The position numbers and the translations under genes were made by a program. The notes under the pieces are model-generated. The model searched no databases. It saw only the letters and a program-made list of their open reading frames with translations, and was not told the origin of the DNA. Shown here in pieces: positions 16,294 through 32,715 of a stretch of 64,000 nt of DNA; positions within the stretch are counted from its first letter, which is position 1, and every line of letters begins with the position of its first letter. Source of the DNA: Chrysomallon squamiferum (taxonomy: Eukaryota > Animalia > Mollusca); assembly GCA_012295275.1 (NCBI GenBank), contig CM022674.1:2418001-2482000 (forward strand), in the 5' to 3' direction.

Positions 16294-16902
16294 GTGTATG
16301 TTTTGCATTTTCTTTTATTTAAAAAAAAAAAAAAAAAAAAAAAGTATGTCAAACTAATTTGTAAGACTAGACGACATTACCCAATTGTTTAGGGTCCCGA
16401 CAGAAACTTCCGTGCAAGAGGAGATTATCGGCATTAAATGATTCAGAAAATCGTAATTTTTCCCTTAAGTAAACTTTCGCTGCACTCGTCAATCTTCGGA
16501 ACTTCACGCTTCGGCGAGTTACGAGGCGAGGAACTGTGGGAAATTTAAAACGTGTGAAAAATGCCGCGGGCGATTAAATTGCAGTAAAACCAAGAAACAG
16601 ACGTTTTAGGTAGATTACAATTTCAGCGGGGCTTGACACGTGAAATTAAGGGTCTTTACACTCGCAAATTGGATTGCATTTGGTTAAATGATTTTTTTTT
16701 TTTTTTTTTTGAATTTTTTTGTTGTTTTTTTTCGTTGTATCCCGTGGGGATGTGTTTTCGATGTTCATCTTTTCTCGGTCTCGTAGTTTTATTTATGATG
16801 TCGATGTATATCTGTAATATCTGTTAGTGAAATTAATCGTGTTATTTAATAGACATTGTCTTATTAAGAAATAAGTAAGTAAGTAAGTAAGTAAATAAAT
16901 AA

Positions 16903-16942
<40 letters not shown>

Positions 16943-17108
16943 AAACAAAAAATTGTAGATCACATACATATAATTAAACGTTAACAAGTTATATCTGTTC
17001 TTTCATGTCTGTAAATTAAAAAAAATAAATTAAAAAAAAATTAAACAAAATCTTGATAAAGGAGGCGATTGTAGAAATGTAACTAAATATTCGAGTATTT
17101 AAAGTAAA

Positions 17109-17139
<31 letters not shown>

Positions 17140-17149
17140 TAATAATAAT

Positions 17150-17195
<46 letters not shown>

Positions 17196-18198
17196 GTTAT
17201 TATTATTATTGTTAAAATTTCGTTTGCTTATGTAATTCATAATATAATAACTGACATTCTGTAACTTTATTCATAGATTTTTCTTCTTCTTCTTTCTTAT
17301 TCTTTCTTCTTCTTCTTCTTCTTCTTCTTCTTCTTCTTCTTCTTCTTCTTCTTCTTCTTCTTCTTCTTCTTCTTCTTCTTCTTCTTCTTCTTTCTTCTTC
17401 TTCTTCTTCTTCTTCTTTTCAAATCTAATTTACACTTGTAGCCTGGAAACGCCAGCAGTGTACGGAAGCAGTTTTGAACTGATTCAAACCGAGCCTGAAA
17501 TCGAAGTTTGTGCCACTAATTAACGTTAAATTACACAGCAACAAGCCGAGCAACACGCAAAACAACGTTCTGACACCGTCACGCGCTCCTACTTTTAAAT
17601 AAACACAGAGACTCGTTTAGTGCACTGGTATTCTCCGTTAAAATACCTGGAAATACGTAACGTACATATTACATACATAGATATATACATGGATAAATAA
17701 ATAAATACATACATATATATACATTGATATATAGATAGATAAATAGATACATATACATAAATACATAAATAAATACATATATATATATACATAGATATAA
17801 TAAATACATACATACATATACATACACAGATATATAAATAAAAAATACATATACATACATACATACATAGATAAAAATAAAAAATACATACATAAAAATA
17901 TAAATAAAAATCGTACATACAAACATAGATAAATAAAAAACATATATGCAAATAAATACATAAATGCATACAAACATTCATAATAAATAAATAAATAAGA
18001 ACAGCAAGAATAAGAATGAGAATAACAATAATAATAATAATAATACTAATAGTAATAATAATAACAGTAATAATAATAAATCATTTACAAATAATTTTAA
18101 CGCATCACTTTAAATAATAATAATAGGTAAAAAGGAAATGCTATGTTCAATTTTACCGTTTTTATACATCGTATAGTTTATATTGTGAAATTAATTAA

Positions 18199-18302
<104 letters not shown>

Positions 18303-18715
18303 ACATGTGTGTATGTGTATGTATGTATGTGCGTACGTATATAAATGACTATATATATATAATGTGATATAGATAGACAGATAGATAGATAGAATGCAAT
18401 AATAGTCTAAACTTTCATGTTATATACATAGCTGTGACGGAGAAATAATGTATTTATCATACAATGCTTAGTTATTTTCTTTCGTGAACTGATTTAATAG
18501 CAGGTAAAAAAGTTATTTCATCGTCATAACTAAGGTAAATAGTGTAGAATGTTAGAAAAATATCGTATAACTCTCAGTAATATGGCATTCTAATAATTTT
18601 GTAGTAAAATTTAATTTAGTAACTTCATTTACGACTACTTTGTATGAAATAATTTACTGTGTATACTACTACTATTTATTATTGCAACTATCGATACTTT
18701 TATTACTACTACTGC

Positions 18716-18766
<51 letters not shown>

Positions 18767-18979
18767 TGATGATGATGATGATAATAATAATAATGATAAT
18801 AATAATAATAATAATAATAATAATATAATAATAATAATAATAACAATAATAATAATAGTAAACATTAGTTTTATCGTATTTGGTATATCGTTTTGTGTTT
18901 AATATAATTTTTAGAAACGAAAACGATAGATTTTTGTATAAATACGTTTCATCTCATTTTGTATGTTGTGTGTTTGTGC

Positions 18980-19019
<40 letters not shown>

Positions 19020-19488
19020 CATTCTATATAAAATGCGTTTACCTAAATGAATTATCAGTTATTTGTATATGGGGAATGCTCATATTCATACATTAGATAC
19101 ACAAAAACAAACGCACATTCAAATATATACCTCTATGGTTTGTATGTTAATTAAGATTATACTTACGTTTGTCAAACAACGTAAAGCTAGCGTCTATAGA
19201 ATATGACGTCATCGCCATTGTTATTAGTGACGTCGATGCACTGATAATATAATTGTTACTGCAAAAGGATAATACATGGCTGAAGATAATACACAGTTAA
19301 TATCTAACCTTGATTCTAAAATATACCGAAGGAGATTTTAATTCATTCAAGAACGTATATTCATATGCGGAACATAATATAATTACCATAAATTGATAGA
19401 TACATTAATGATATATAAGGAAGACAAAGAAACACAGATAGAGATATGCTGATAGATGATTATAAATATACGCGTGTACATGTATATC

Positions 19489-19523
<35 letters not shown>

Positions 19524-19674
19524 GTATGTATGTGTGTGTGTGTATATATATATATGTATATATGTATGTATGTGTGTGTGTGTTCATATATATATACATA
19601 TATGAACAGAGACAGATATGTAGATAGATACATGAAAATACTTTAAAGTCAGCTAATTTGTGTCAGCTTTTATT

Positions 19675-19832
19675 TCTTCTTCTTTTTCTTCTCCTTCTTC
19701 TCCGTCATCATCTTCTTCTTCTTCTGTTTCTTCTTCTTCTTCTTCTCCTTCTTCTTCTTCTCCTTCTTCTCCGTCTTCATCTTCTTCTTCTTCTGTTTCT
19801 TCTTCTTCTTCTTCTTCTTCTTCTTCTTCTTC
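19675..19832. repeat. (TTC)n-derived repeat with an internal duplication of about 66 bp
   Basis: The block tctccttcttctccgtc...tctgtttc occurs twice. Confidence 0.85.
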
Positions 19833-20599
19833 TCTTTCCACTTTATCAGTGTTTACACAAATAAATCTGCGCCAATGTTGTAAAAACCCGATCTGACACA
19901 AAAGGGAAAATTCTTTACGGCATCACTCGCGTTTCGTACACCGACAGAGTGCAGGAACAAAAAGATTTTACCCCAATAATACGTTCCATGTGTTTTTTTT
20001 TTTTTTTTTCTCGCCACGGGGGATGGGGGGGGGAGGGAGCTTTCCCAAAACGAAACCGTCGTAGCACCAGGAAAAACTATTACCGGTGGAAACTAACAGT
20101 GATTAATACGTGAACCTAGTCATGTTTCGCTTCCGCAAGACTGCTAGAATAACTGTAAAAAAAAATAAAAAAAAAAAGAAGAAAGAATAATAACGGTTAA
20201 AAAACAAAAAATCATAGTGTGTTTTACAAGATAGGGTTAAAGAGAGAGAGAAAAAAAAAACATGTCAAAACGATGTTATGTGTATACATAACCGATTTTT
20301 ATCTTACTTTTAGGGTATTTTTGCTTGTTTTTTTTTTTTTTTTTTTTTTTTTTTTCTTTCATTTTGTTGACTTTATTGTGGTGATTTTACAACATGTTTC
20401 CAGTCGTATTTCAAACAAACCCATGTTGTTGTTTTTTTACGACACTGGCGCGAAATGAAGAGTGAAATATGTATAATAAATTTCGCGAATGTTTTTCGTT
20501 ATGGACAAATAATGCTTTGTTCGAGATAATTGCTTCCACGATGACAAAAGTTCTTAAGCGAAAAAGTAATGTTATTATTTATTTATTTATTCGAGAAGA

Positions 20600-20645
<46 letters not shown>

Positions 20646-21324
20646 AAATAGCGAAAATAACAATAGTGAAAGAAATTTACATTATAAAAAAGTAAAAGTG
20701 ATTGTTATTCAGGGACTGTTAACGTAAAGGAAAAACAGAAAGGGAAAAAAGAAAGAAATAAAAATGTAATAAACGATAAATAAGTGAGTGAAGAAATGAA
20801 AGAAAAACAGACAGAACAATGGTGAGAGATATTTACAACAAACTGTTTAGATGATTAGTACGAAGTAATTGTCATCATCATAGCAAAAAAATAGGATAAA
20901 TTAAAATCAAATAAATAATAAAAAGTAAATAAATGAATAAACAAGGAAACAAACAAACAGACAAACAAACACACAAACAAATAAACAAATAAATAAATAG
21001 AATATATCTAAAAAAACAAATAGAAACAAAGTAATTTTAATACATGTGTCTTTGTATTTATTTTTATATATATACACACAAACACACAAATGTATTAAAA
21101 TTAAACTCCAAGGTAATTATTAAATGCGTATCTTCTGATATATCAATCTGTGTTTCAGGTGTTAATATTGATTAAACTTTTATAAAATGATTTCTTATAA
21201 AAACATTAAACCATAGGAAGATATGTAAATTAATATATAGCTGGACATTTTTCAATTATTTAAAAATATTTTTTTTTATGCTATTTTTTTTACTTTATCA
21301 GTTTTATTATTATTATTATTATTA

Positions 21325-21366
<42 letters not shown>

Positions 21367-21881
21367 TATCATCATCATTTTATCATTATTATTATCATCA
21401 GCATCATCATCATTATTATCTTATTGTCATCATTATTATTTTTATTATTACTATTATTATCATTATTATTATCATTATTAATTAATTTATCTATTTATTT
21501 ATTTATTTTTTAATAATTTGTTGTTCTTACTAATGCTATTTTTTTTTCTTGTTCATATTAATGGGTAACAAAAGTAAATTGTTTTATTTGTATGAAATTT
21601 TAATATTTTCTAATTATTGCTACAAATGAATACATTATTATAAATATATTTATTCATCTTAAACACGGAAACATCTTCAGACATTTTAAAGATATAGATT
21701 CACACAGAATTAATACATTATAATGATAGATTACACAAAAACACCTAGACAGACAAACATATACACATCGTTGTGAGAAACAGAGAGATCAATGTAATTT
21801 ATGACTATAACAATTGTTTTTGTTTTGTTCGCATCAATTTTGTGTTAATTATGATCTCAAAAATCTGTCTCTGTGTATGTA

Positions 21882-21928
<47 letters not shown>

Positions 21929-21954
21929 GTAGATATTATATCTATCTGTATCTG

Positions 21955-22065
<111 letters not shown>

Positions 22066-23040
22066 CCCCTTCTCTCTGTTGCTCGCACATACGCACAAAC
22101 ACGCAAGCACACACAAACAAACAGACCCATAAATATATATATATACACACACATACACACATTGATATCTTTATTTAACATTATTAGTGAACATCGAACC
22201 CAAACAACAACACTATTTTTTTTTTTTACTAATATCTGACATCTTTCTATTTTCAGATAATTTCAACAGATTTAGTTTAAGAAAACCGTACAGCAACAAA
22301 GCTCATCGTTGGACAATAATTTTACATGTTCATTATAACTTTAAAAAAAAAAAAAAAAAAAACTGTGACGTAAAAAAAACAACAACAACAAAACAACTGT
22401 GAAATAACGGAATGTATTTGGAAGATACGGTACGAAAGGACGAGCAAATTATGTGTTTTTTTTTTCTTCACTTCACAGAAACTCTTGGGGTCGACAGTAT
22501 GTGTGTTTTTATCTTGCTTTTGGATAAACAAGTACGAAGCTGTAACCGCTTGAAAGTGTGGGACGTATTCTGCATAAAACAACGTTTCTAAATAACTCTA
22601 AACCGTATTTATATATATTTTGAATCTTACTACATGGAGAAGGACGTCCACGGAAAAGATTGTCGTGCACGACGAAAATACAGCAGCACCATCACCACGA
22701 CAACGGTATTGACAAAAACAAAAATTAAAAAATCCGTTTTCTTGGACGAAGCGAAAAACAGAAAAGATCTATAAAATATAAAAATAAAAAATGAAGGTGA
22801 TTGAAGAAATATGAAATATGAAATAACTTTTTAATTGTTTCTCGACGAATACATCGAACTGGAATGAAGTAAAGATGTGAGAGAAAAAAAAGGAAAATAT
22901 ATTTTGATTCTTTTGGATGAAGTAAAACAAATGGAATCATTGGCAAGATTATTATTTATATACATACATATTATATGACATTTATTTATTTATTTATTTA
23001 TTTATATTTTATGATATTTATTATTATTATTATTATTATG

Positions 23041-23105
<65 letters not shown>

Positions 23106-23560
23106 TTTTATTTTATTTTTGTATTTTCATTCGGTTTATTTTATTTTATTTTATACTTTTTATGATTCTGAAATAAAATGTTTCATAAATAAAACTATAA
23201 TTTTAAATATTTGACTTATTTTCAAATATGCAAGTTTAACGCAATGAACGCATCAGTTTGTGCATAACAGCATTTTCAATAACGGTGTTTTGAAATAGAC
23301 AGAACGCCTAGCATTCTTCATTTCATCTCAAAATGACAAAACATTTCATAACATTGTAAGGTAAAAGTTATTTATCTTTTTAGTTATGTGTTATTACATA
23401 GCAGGTATTTCGTCACAAGCGAGGTATGTTTATAATTTAATTTGAAATAAACAAGATGAACTCAATCGAACGCAAGCTGTGTTCGTTCCGAACTGTTATT
23501 TTAAATTATATTTCAGTTTCCCAGTTTTAAGTAAATAATTATTAAAAATACTGATCGCGT

Positions 23561-23600
<40 letters not shown>

Positions 23601-23755
23601 TTATTTATTCATTTATTATTTGTAATATTGTTTGTTTATTATTATCAATATTGTCATTATTATTGTTATTATTATTATTATTATAATTGCTGTTTTTATT
23701 ACTATTATTATTATTATTATTATTATTACTACTATTATTATTATTTATTATTTTA

Positions 23756-23806
<51 letters not shown>

Positions 23807-24119
23807 GATCATCATCGTCAACGTCATTAAGAGTATTATCTTTGTATTAAAATATTTGTTTTAACGGGATTAATTAAACAATTTTTTTTTTTTAAACAGT
23901 GCTTGCATTTTATTTCTAACAATTATAAGAATAAATCAGTTAACGTAAAACAAACAAAACAAAAACAACAACAGCAAAAAAAATTAAATAAATAAATAAT
24001 AAATTATTTATATTTGTTCTGCTATCATTCTATCAGAAAATAAATCTAATACATTATATTTTAATTCTATTTAAGCTAGTTTTAAACTATTTATTCTTAT
24101 CAAACTGGCTTTCATAATT

Positions 24120-24420
24120 TGTATGTATATATGTAAGTATGTATGTATCTATGTAAGTATGTATGTATGTATGTATGTATGTATGTATATATGTATGTAT
24201 GTATGTATGTGTGTGTGTGTATGTATGTATGTATGTATGAATGTAAGTATGTATGTATGTATGTATGTATGTATGTATATATGTATGTATGTATGTATGT
24301 GTGTGTGTGTATGTATGTATGAATGTAAGTATGTATGTATGTATGTATGTATGTATGTATGTATGTATGTATGTATGTATGTTTGTATATATGTATGTAT
24401 GTATGTATGTGTATGTATGT
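24120..24420. repeat. (GTAT)n compound microsatellite with an ~80-bp higher-order duplication
   Basis: The block containing gtgtgtgtgt...atgaatgtaagtatg is repeated. Confidence 0.88.
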
Positions 24421-25057
24421 ATAATTGGCTACTGTTAAACCAGCTGTTAGAAAGAGTACGAGTGACGCGTTGTGTTTGTTTATTTTACGATTATAAGCCA
24501 AATGAAAATAAACAATTTATCATTAAATAAAAAAAAAGATTAAAAAAACCAAACATACGATATGTTATCTTTTTAAACGTCATTAGCTGCGGAAAGGGTG
24601 AATCACGGTTTCGAAATTTAGCCGTGTGTAACAGGAGTTTTTCACGAAAGATTATTTCATTATGTGTTGGTGTGTGTATGTGCAGACAGAGATACGCACA
24701 TACGCAAATGCAAAGATAATATAAAGTTTTTAATGTATCCGCCTAACTTTAGTCTAGTAAATACTGTTTATCAAATTTTATAATGTAGAGAAAGAATATT
24801 AAAATATTTTACTAAATATATATATATATATAAATACACACGCACATCCGAGTAAAATATAAAATTAATGATTTTAATCCAGTAAATAATTCTAAAGAAT
24901 TGACTAAAATACTTTAACATATACATTCTACGTAATTCTCAAGTTAATAAATTCAACTAAACGAGCAATTTAGAATGTAACGGTACTTCAAATTCAACGT
25001 CGTTCTGAATTTAAAATACAGTTCAAATTTAAGATCGATTTAATATATTAATATTTA

Positions 25058-25104
<47 letters not shown>

Positions 25105-25371
25105 GTATATATCTATCTATCTATCTATCTATTTATCTATCTATCATCTATCTTCAAATTTGTCTATCTATCTATCTATTTATCTATATTTATTATATTG
25201 ATTTATATATTATTTCAATTTATTATTTTATTTCAGTAAAATTTATTATATTTAACTTGATTATATTGATTCTGTACGTGCGTTTTTGCATCTCTGTGCG
25301 TATATTAAACGAAGTATATCAAAATAAAAACAGTGTAATCAAATATTCGGCTGAAATTATAGATAAATCTA

Positions 25372-25408
<37 letters not shown>

Positions 25409-25764
25409 TAAATTAAATTTTGTTATTTAACTTAAGATAACAGGTTTCAATTTTGGTATTATAAAAAGTTCTGTTTCGGGAGTATAACTGATATTACGAT
25501 TTAATTCTGTCAATTATAGATATCTGTTTTTTTGCAAACATTGACACGAATACAGTTTTAAATGTTTCCCGTATTTATTCCTGAGCTGAAACGTCTAAGT
25601 CTGTCGTGACAAAAGAGTTAAGGATGAATAATCCAAATTTAAAAATATAAAATGTAAGCTTTCTTTTGATTGTTTCCGAATTTTTATCAAGTTTATTATC
25701 ACTAACATTACGTGTTTGTATAATTTGAACTTCTTCTTTTCACTAAAGTTTTTACCTTAAAACT

Positions 25765-25859
<95 letters not shown>

Positions 25860-26985
25860 TTAGAAGAGAAAGTAAACACACGTTATTTTTCTATAACGAA
25901 CACGAACGACCAATACTTTTAATTTTCGTTACTATTATTATTAGTAGAAGTAGTTGTAGTAACAGGAGTGGTAGTAGTTGTAGCTGTAGTTGTAGTTGTA
26001 GTATTAGTAATAGTAGTAATAGCTGCGTTATCATACCTAATTAGAAGAAAAAAATAGAAAAAACATTTATCTAAACTGCCATATTGTTTTGAGTCATATA
26101 TCACCGCTATTTATCAGCAATACACAATCTAGATTAACACATTTTCTCATAATATATGGGAAAACTGAAAAGAAATAAACCAAAAAAATAAAATAAATAA
26201 ACCAAAAACACACACACACATACAAAAAAAAAACAACAAAAAACATTTGATAACAATTTGTTTATTTTTATTTTATTCAATATTGCCCAGTATACACAAC
26301 AGATAAATCATTTTTTTTTTTTTTTCGTTGCGTCAAACTGCAGCAGAAGAAGAAGAAGAAGAAAAAAAAAAAAAAAAAATCAAAAATAAATTTGGGTGGA
26401 ATACACTTTTTTTTTTTTTTTTTTTTTCTTCTTCTTCTTATTATTATTTTTTTTTCATTTTTTTTTTGCGTTACGCACTTAATGCAAGCTCGGTCAAACG
26501 GTTTCCAAGTACTGGCGTCACAGTGCTATTCCCAAAATTGAGTTTGGCAAATAAATAATTTACCGATTGTGGAGGAGATGTTGGGTCGCGATAGAGCGTC
26601 CGTCGCCGAGAAGTAATCCGCCTGAAATTGAAACAGCAGGAAAAACTGAGAGCAGAAGACGCAGACAGCGGGATCGAGGCAGAAGCGTATCGCGGAAAGT
26701 GTCACCAGCGCGCATGTGCACCCAGCTGACCAACCAGATCATAGCGGCATAAATTAACCCCCCGCGAAGCCGCTATCCCGCTTATCGGTGAACTAAAACA
26801 GACATTACTCGATTTGCCTGCTCGTTGGGGGGTTGACGGTGACTGCATAGAAGGCAGATAATAATGGGGGAAATGATATTGGTTTATACAAATCTTGTGT
26901 CGTACAGCATTTCGACAAATGAAAATCAGACACGCGATTCGGAGCTTTTTTGTTGTTTTGTTTGGTTTTTTTCAGTAAAAAAAAA

Positions 26986-27018
<33 letters not shown>

Positions 27019-27024
27019 TAAAAA

Positions 27025-27084
<60 letters not shown>

Positions 27085-27480
27085 AATAAATTAAATAACT
27101 GATATACAATACATAATTTTAGATAACTGGAAAAAGGTTTCTGCTTTATTTAAACTTTGATAGTTCATCAATATTTAGACAATATTACACCAACAACTTG
27201 AATGTAAGTGTCACAACAAACAGCAAAAAAAAAAAAAAAAATAGCAAACACACAGACACGCATATACACACACATAAACATACGTACATAGAACTGCACA
27301 GAAACACACACATACATACATACAAACATATTGGCCGAGATATCTCGTCATTCGCCTACGGAATGCGGGGGGGATGGGTGGGTGCTGTACTTTGTCTTCC
27401 TGCGCAACAACGTACCCGACACCTGTATGTGTGGAGTCTAATCAGATGTACCCAAGACAGAGAATATTCAAATCGAATAA

Positions 27481-28240
27481 CACATACCTACCTACATACA
27501 TACATAGATACACACATACATACATACATAGATACACACATACATAGATACATAGATACATACATACATACATACATACATAGATATATACATACATAGA
27601 TACATACATAGAGACATACATACATAGATACATAGATACACACATACATAGATACATACATAGATACATACATACATAGATACATACATACATACATATA
27701 TAGATACATAGATACATACATACATACATAGATACATACATGCATACATACATACATAGATACACACATACATACATACATAGATACACACATACATAGA
27801 TACATACATACATACATAGATACATACATGCATACATACATACATAGATACACACATACATACATACATAGATACACACATACATAGATACATACATACA
27901 TACATACATACATAGATATATAGATACATACATACATAGATATATAGATACATACATACATATATACATACATACATACATATATATATACATGCATAAA
28001 TACATAGATACATACATACATTTAAACATACAAACATACATACATAAATGCATAGATACTTAGATAGATACATCCATACATACATCCAAACATGCATATA
28101 TAAATACATAGATACATGCACACATACACACATACACACACATACACACATACAGACATACATACATACATACATATATAAACACATATATACATACACA
28201 CATACACATACACACACACATGCATACATACATACTTACA
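27481..28240. repeat. Long degenerate (CATA/GATA)n tetranucleotide microsatellite
   Basis: Seen directly; it is the source of the MYVC/HTYI pseudo-ORFs. Confidence 0.95.
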
Positions 28241-28378
28241 TTTAAACAGAAAGACAGCCAGATTGTATACAATTTCGGTTATGTTAATTCTTTGTGAAAG
28301 CACTCTAGGATTTCTACAAACCAGATAAAGAAATCTTTCAGGCACGTACATTTCTCAAACGTAAATTTTAAACCGTCG

Positions 28379-28419
<41 letters not shown>

Positions 28420-28628
28420 TAAGAAAAACAAATAAATAAACAACAAATGTATTTAAAAAGTAAGAAAATTTATTTTATTAAATATTTATAAAGAAAACAC
28501 AAAACAAAAAAAAATGAAAAATGAAAAAAAAAAAAAAAATGAAAGAATAAATAACAAAAAATGAAATAATAACAACAATAAAATCCTCAAATAAAAACAA
28601 ACAAGCATAAAGAAAACTAAAATTTGAA

Positions 28629-28670
<42 letters not shown>

Positions 28671-29291
28671 AAGAGGAAAAAAAGAAAAAAAGAGAGAGAG
28701 TTAGAAACGAAGATGTTAAAAACTCTTTTCCACAAATGGACGAAACACTAAACCTCTGTTTGGCGTTATCAAGTCTATCTCTGCGCCTCATTTGCAGTGA
28801 AACAAAAACAAAACATGTTTGTACATTACCTCTATCGCAGTAATCTTTACAAACAAAACTCTGTTTGGTATTTACATTTTCCTCCATAAAACGGGCTTTT
28901 AACATTTTTCTGTCGATGCAACTGCGTCGTCACACCAACTTTGTTTCGTGAAGACGTTGAAATAAAATAACGTATCTGAAGTTAAAAAGAAAGAAAGAAA
29001 AAAAAAAGGAAAAACAAATGTGAAGTTAAAAAGAAAAAAAAATAATAATAATAATAATAAAAATAATAATAATAAAGTAAAGGAGAGAGAGAGAAAATGG
29101 GTGAGAAAAAGAAAGAAAAGAAAAATAAATGTTTACTGTATAAATGGTGGTGAAAAAAAGAAGTGAAATGTTGTTAGAAGTGAGGACTGTAAAAGTAATT
29201 TGCTAAGACGAGTTTTAAAAAATAACAACGTTTTTTTTTTTTTTTTGTTTTCTTTTCTTCATACCGTAACACTTAAATTAAAACAAAGGAT

Positions 29292-29332
<41 letters not shown>

Positions 29333-29396
29333 GAAATATTATTCCCGTTCTTATATATACCGATATATTTATTTACTTATATATTTGTTCGTTTGT

Positions 29397-29443
<47 letters not shown>

Positions 29444-29666
29444 TTCTTTCATTCATTTATTTATGCGTTATTTCGGTTATTTTAATTATTAATGTTTCAA
29501 AATAGTTAAATATATTTTATTTTATTTTATTTTATTTTATTTCAGTTTATTTTATTTACTACTAATACAGTTTACTATTGCTACTATTTTTACTATCAGG
29601 ACCATTACTACTACTCATTTTATCATCATGGTCATCATCATCATCATCTTCATCATCTTCATCATC

Positions 29667-29728
<62 letters not shown>

Positions 29729-31721
29729 AAGAAGAAGAAGAAGAAGAAGAAGAAGAATCTGTTATCTTATGACTTTTGTTTTTCATTTTTTTATTCTCGA
29801 AAATTCACACAATCAAAAATATATGCACACAACCGACAGAAAAATATAATTTCCATACTCACAGACTTGTAAACATTCATTAAAACGTGATTGTTAATGC
29901 ATAAACAGTTCTTACTGCATGTTGATGAAAGCTTAGAACAATCAGCTCCTATTAGGAAATGACGTCATAAGCATTATTTGTTAAAGGCATACGTTTTTTG
30001 TTTTTGTTTTTCTCTCTACTTAGTACTTTCATTTGATACATTGGTATACACAGTTAACAGAATGCACACAGACACAGACACACACACACACACGGACATA
30101 CGCACATCATAAACACGTAATTGATATAAACTGCATTACAACAGGTTGATTTACCGATTCCAGCGTTTGACAAAACGACGTCATAAGTAATATCTTGATG
30201 ATGTTATCACAATATATTTATTTATTTATTTATTTATTTATTTATTACAGCTAAAATAATTACTACTACTACGTCTGCAGCCACCAACTCTGAAATAGTT
30301 TTCGTTGGTGCTGATTTATTTAACAAAAAAACAATTACCACTACAACGTCTGCAGTTATTATTAACTGTTATTACTGTTACAAAATAATATTCACTGCTG
30401 TTACTGCAACTACTGCTACTACTACTACCACTACTACTACTACTACCATTACTACTACTACTACTACTACTACTATTACTTCTGCTACTGCTACTACTAC
30501 TACTACTATTGCTGCTGCTGTCATTACTACTACTACTACTACTACTGCTACTGCTACTACTGTTAAGAAGCAATCCTACAATAAACATATTAACACTATT
30601 TCACTTTCTTTCCCTTTAATTCATTTTTCTGCAAACAAAAAAAAACACAAAAAAACTGCATTTTTTTAATGTTTTTTTTAACTATACATATTTTGTTTTT
30701 CGTCGCCTGTTTCTCATAACTGGTCTCTCTCTCAGGAAAAGCAATTACATCCATACTTCTTTCCCTTCCTCGTTACTCTCCGACTTCCATTACCGTAAGA
30801 TTTGCGAGATAATTTATGCCCGCGCCAGATCACCCATGAACAGAGTTGATACGACATTTCAGCTTTTGTCAATATGTTTACACACATTAATTGCACGAAT
30901 TCGCAAATATTGTCAAAACAGGCGTAAAACTTGTCCGCGCTGGTTTGAAAGATACGGTTTTTGAGAAAGACTCATAAAAAAAAAGAAAAAAAAAAAAAAA
31001 AAAAAAAAAAAAGAAAAAGAAACGAAAGAAAAGAAAAATTGTAAAAACATCTAGCGTCACGTCAGGTTTTTTGCGGTTCTTACTGTGTTTCGACAAGATC
31101 TTAAACGTAGCGAAACGCCCCAGGCAAAGTCGAAGCTTCGCCTCGCTGCAGAAACATAGCACGCCACTGGGTGCGTTAGTTTAAAACACTGTGAAGTTTA
31201 ACAGCTCCTTGCAAGCGATTAAACAAACAACAAGAGTTTTATTAACTCCGGGTTACCGACGACTTGCTTAATGCACAAGCCAGGCCGGCAGGCCGGCCGT
31301 TTTTGTGGACGTTAACGTCGAGAGTTGTTTCCCCCTTGTGAATTTTTAATTACTCACTCCGCTAGAGGGCAGGTTGCATTAAGGTGCAGTCACTTAGCAG
31401 GAAGGAGTGATGCGTTTTGTTAATGTATTAATTACTGTTAAGTTTATTTTAATTGATTTTTATGATTGTGAATAGTAGCAAGAATAAGAACAACAACAAC
31501 ACAAATGATAATAATAATAATAATAATGATGACGATGATGATGATAATAATAATAAAAATGATGATGATCATGACGATGATGTTGATGATCATGATGTTA
31601 ATTGTATTTATGCTAATTACAATGCATTTTGTCGAAATTTAATATTTATCATTTTGTGAGTAACAGAAAAACCTACAGGAACACGAGTGTGTGTGTGTGT
31701 TTGGGTTTGTTTGAGAAGAAC

Positions 31722-31808
<87 letters not shown>

Positions 31809-32305
31809 CAGAGTCACATGCAGAACACAGTATCTTTTATAAACACACTGTCGTACAGAGGAAAACGCGTTTCATTGTCTTTGATAGTCAGTCATGTGTC
31901 ACTGGACAGAGCAGGCTTTGAACTAATGGGTATTGATCCTCCATGGGTAGAAGAAAAGGAGGCTCCTCAGTTATTTAAATAAACATGAAGAAGAAGAAGA
32001 AGAAAATGAAAGGACAATAAATTAATGATAAATTATTATTTATTTATTTTATATATATATATTTATATTTATTTTAAAACATTTTATTTTAATTATTTTA
32101 TTTTATTTTATTTTTATTTTCATTTTATTTATTTTAATTTTATTTATTTATTTTTTTTTTTTTCATTTTATTTTTTTTTTATTTGTATTTTCATTTTTTT
32201 TATTTAAAGAAAAAAAAAAAAAAAAGAGAACCCCAGATACGGAGATTTAAAATCAAAAGTCTGTAATAACAACCATTTTCGTGGAAAAATTAACGAAAGC
32301 AAAAC

Positions 32306-32364
<59 letters not shown>

Positions 32365-32677
32365 AAAGTCATGTAAGTGCATTCCCACAGAAAGTTCCTG
32401 TCTCAGTACACTTACCAAATGGTGTTAAGATGTGTTTTTACACGTGGGTAAAGCCCTTGTGTGCGTCAAAAACCCAACAGACGGTGAAAATCCGAATTGA
32501 GTTCTGTTTTCTTTCTCGTTCCTGGCGAAATCCGATCGCGATTTCGGCGCCTTGATTGACAGAATGTTAACCGGAGTTTATCACGTTTCGTAATAGCATG
32601 AAAATTCGGAAATCTCGATTTTTGCCGATGCATAAAATTTCAGCATATGGCGAGAGAGAACGCAAGAAAATCAAAGC

Positions 32678-32715
<38 letters not shown>

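Noticed and set aside
19653-19901. Acidic Glu/Asp-rich ORF
   Set aside because: Derived from a (GAA)n repeat with a local duplication; no supporting gene structure.
22479-22496. 18-nt micro-exon-like segment with good acceptor and donor
   Set aside because: No host gene can be assigned on the plus strand, and such matches arise by chance next to T-tracts.
26560-26752. Short ORFs in a GC-rich island (one frame contains DSGIE)
   Set aside because: No convincing splice sites or homology; stop codons bound the frames.
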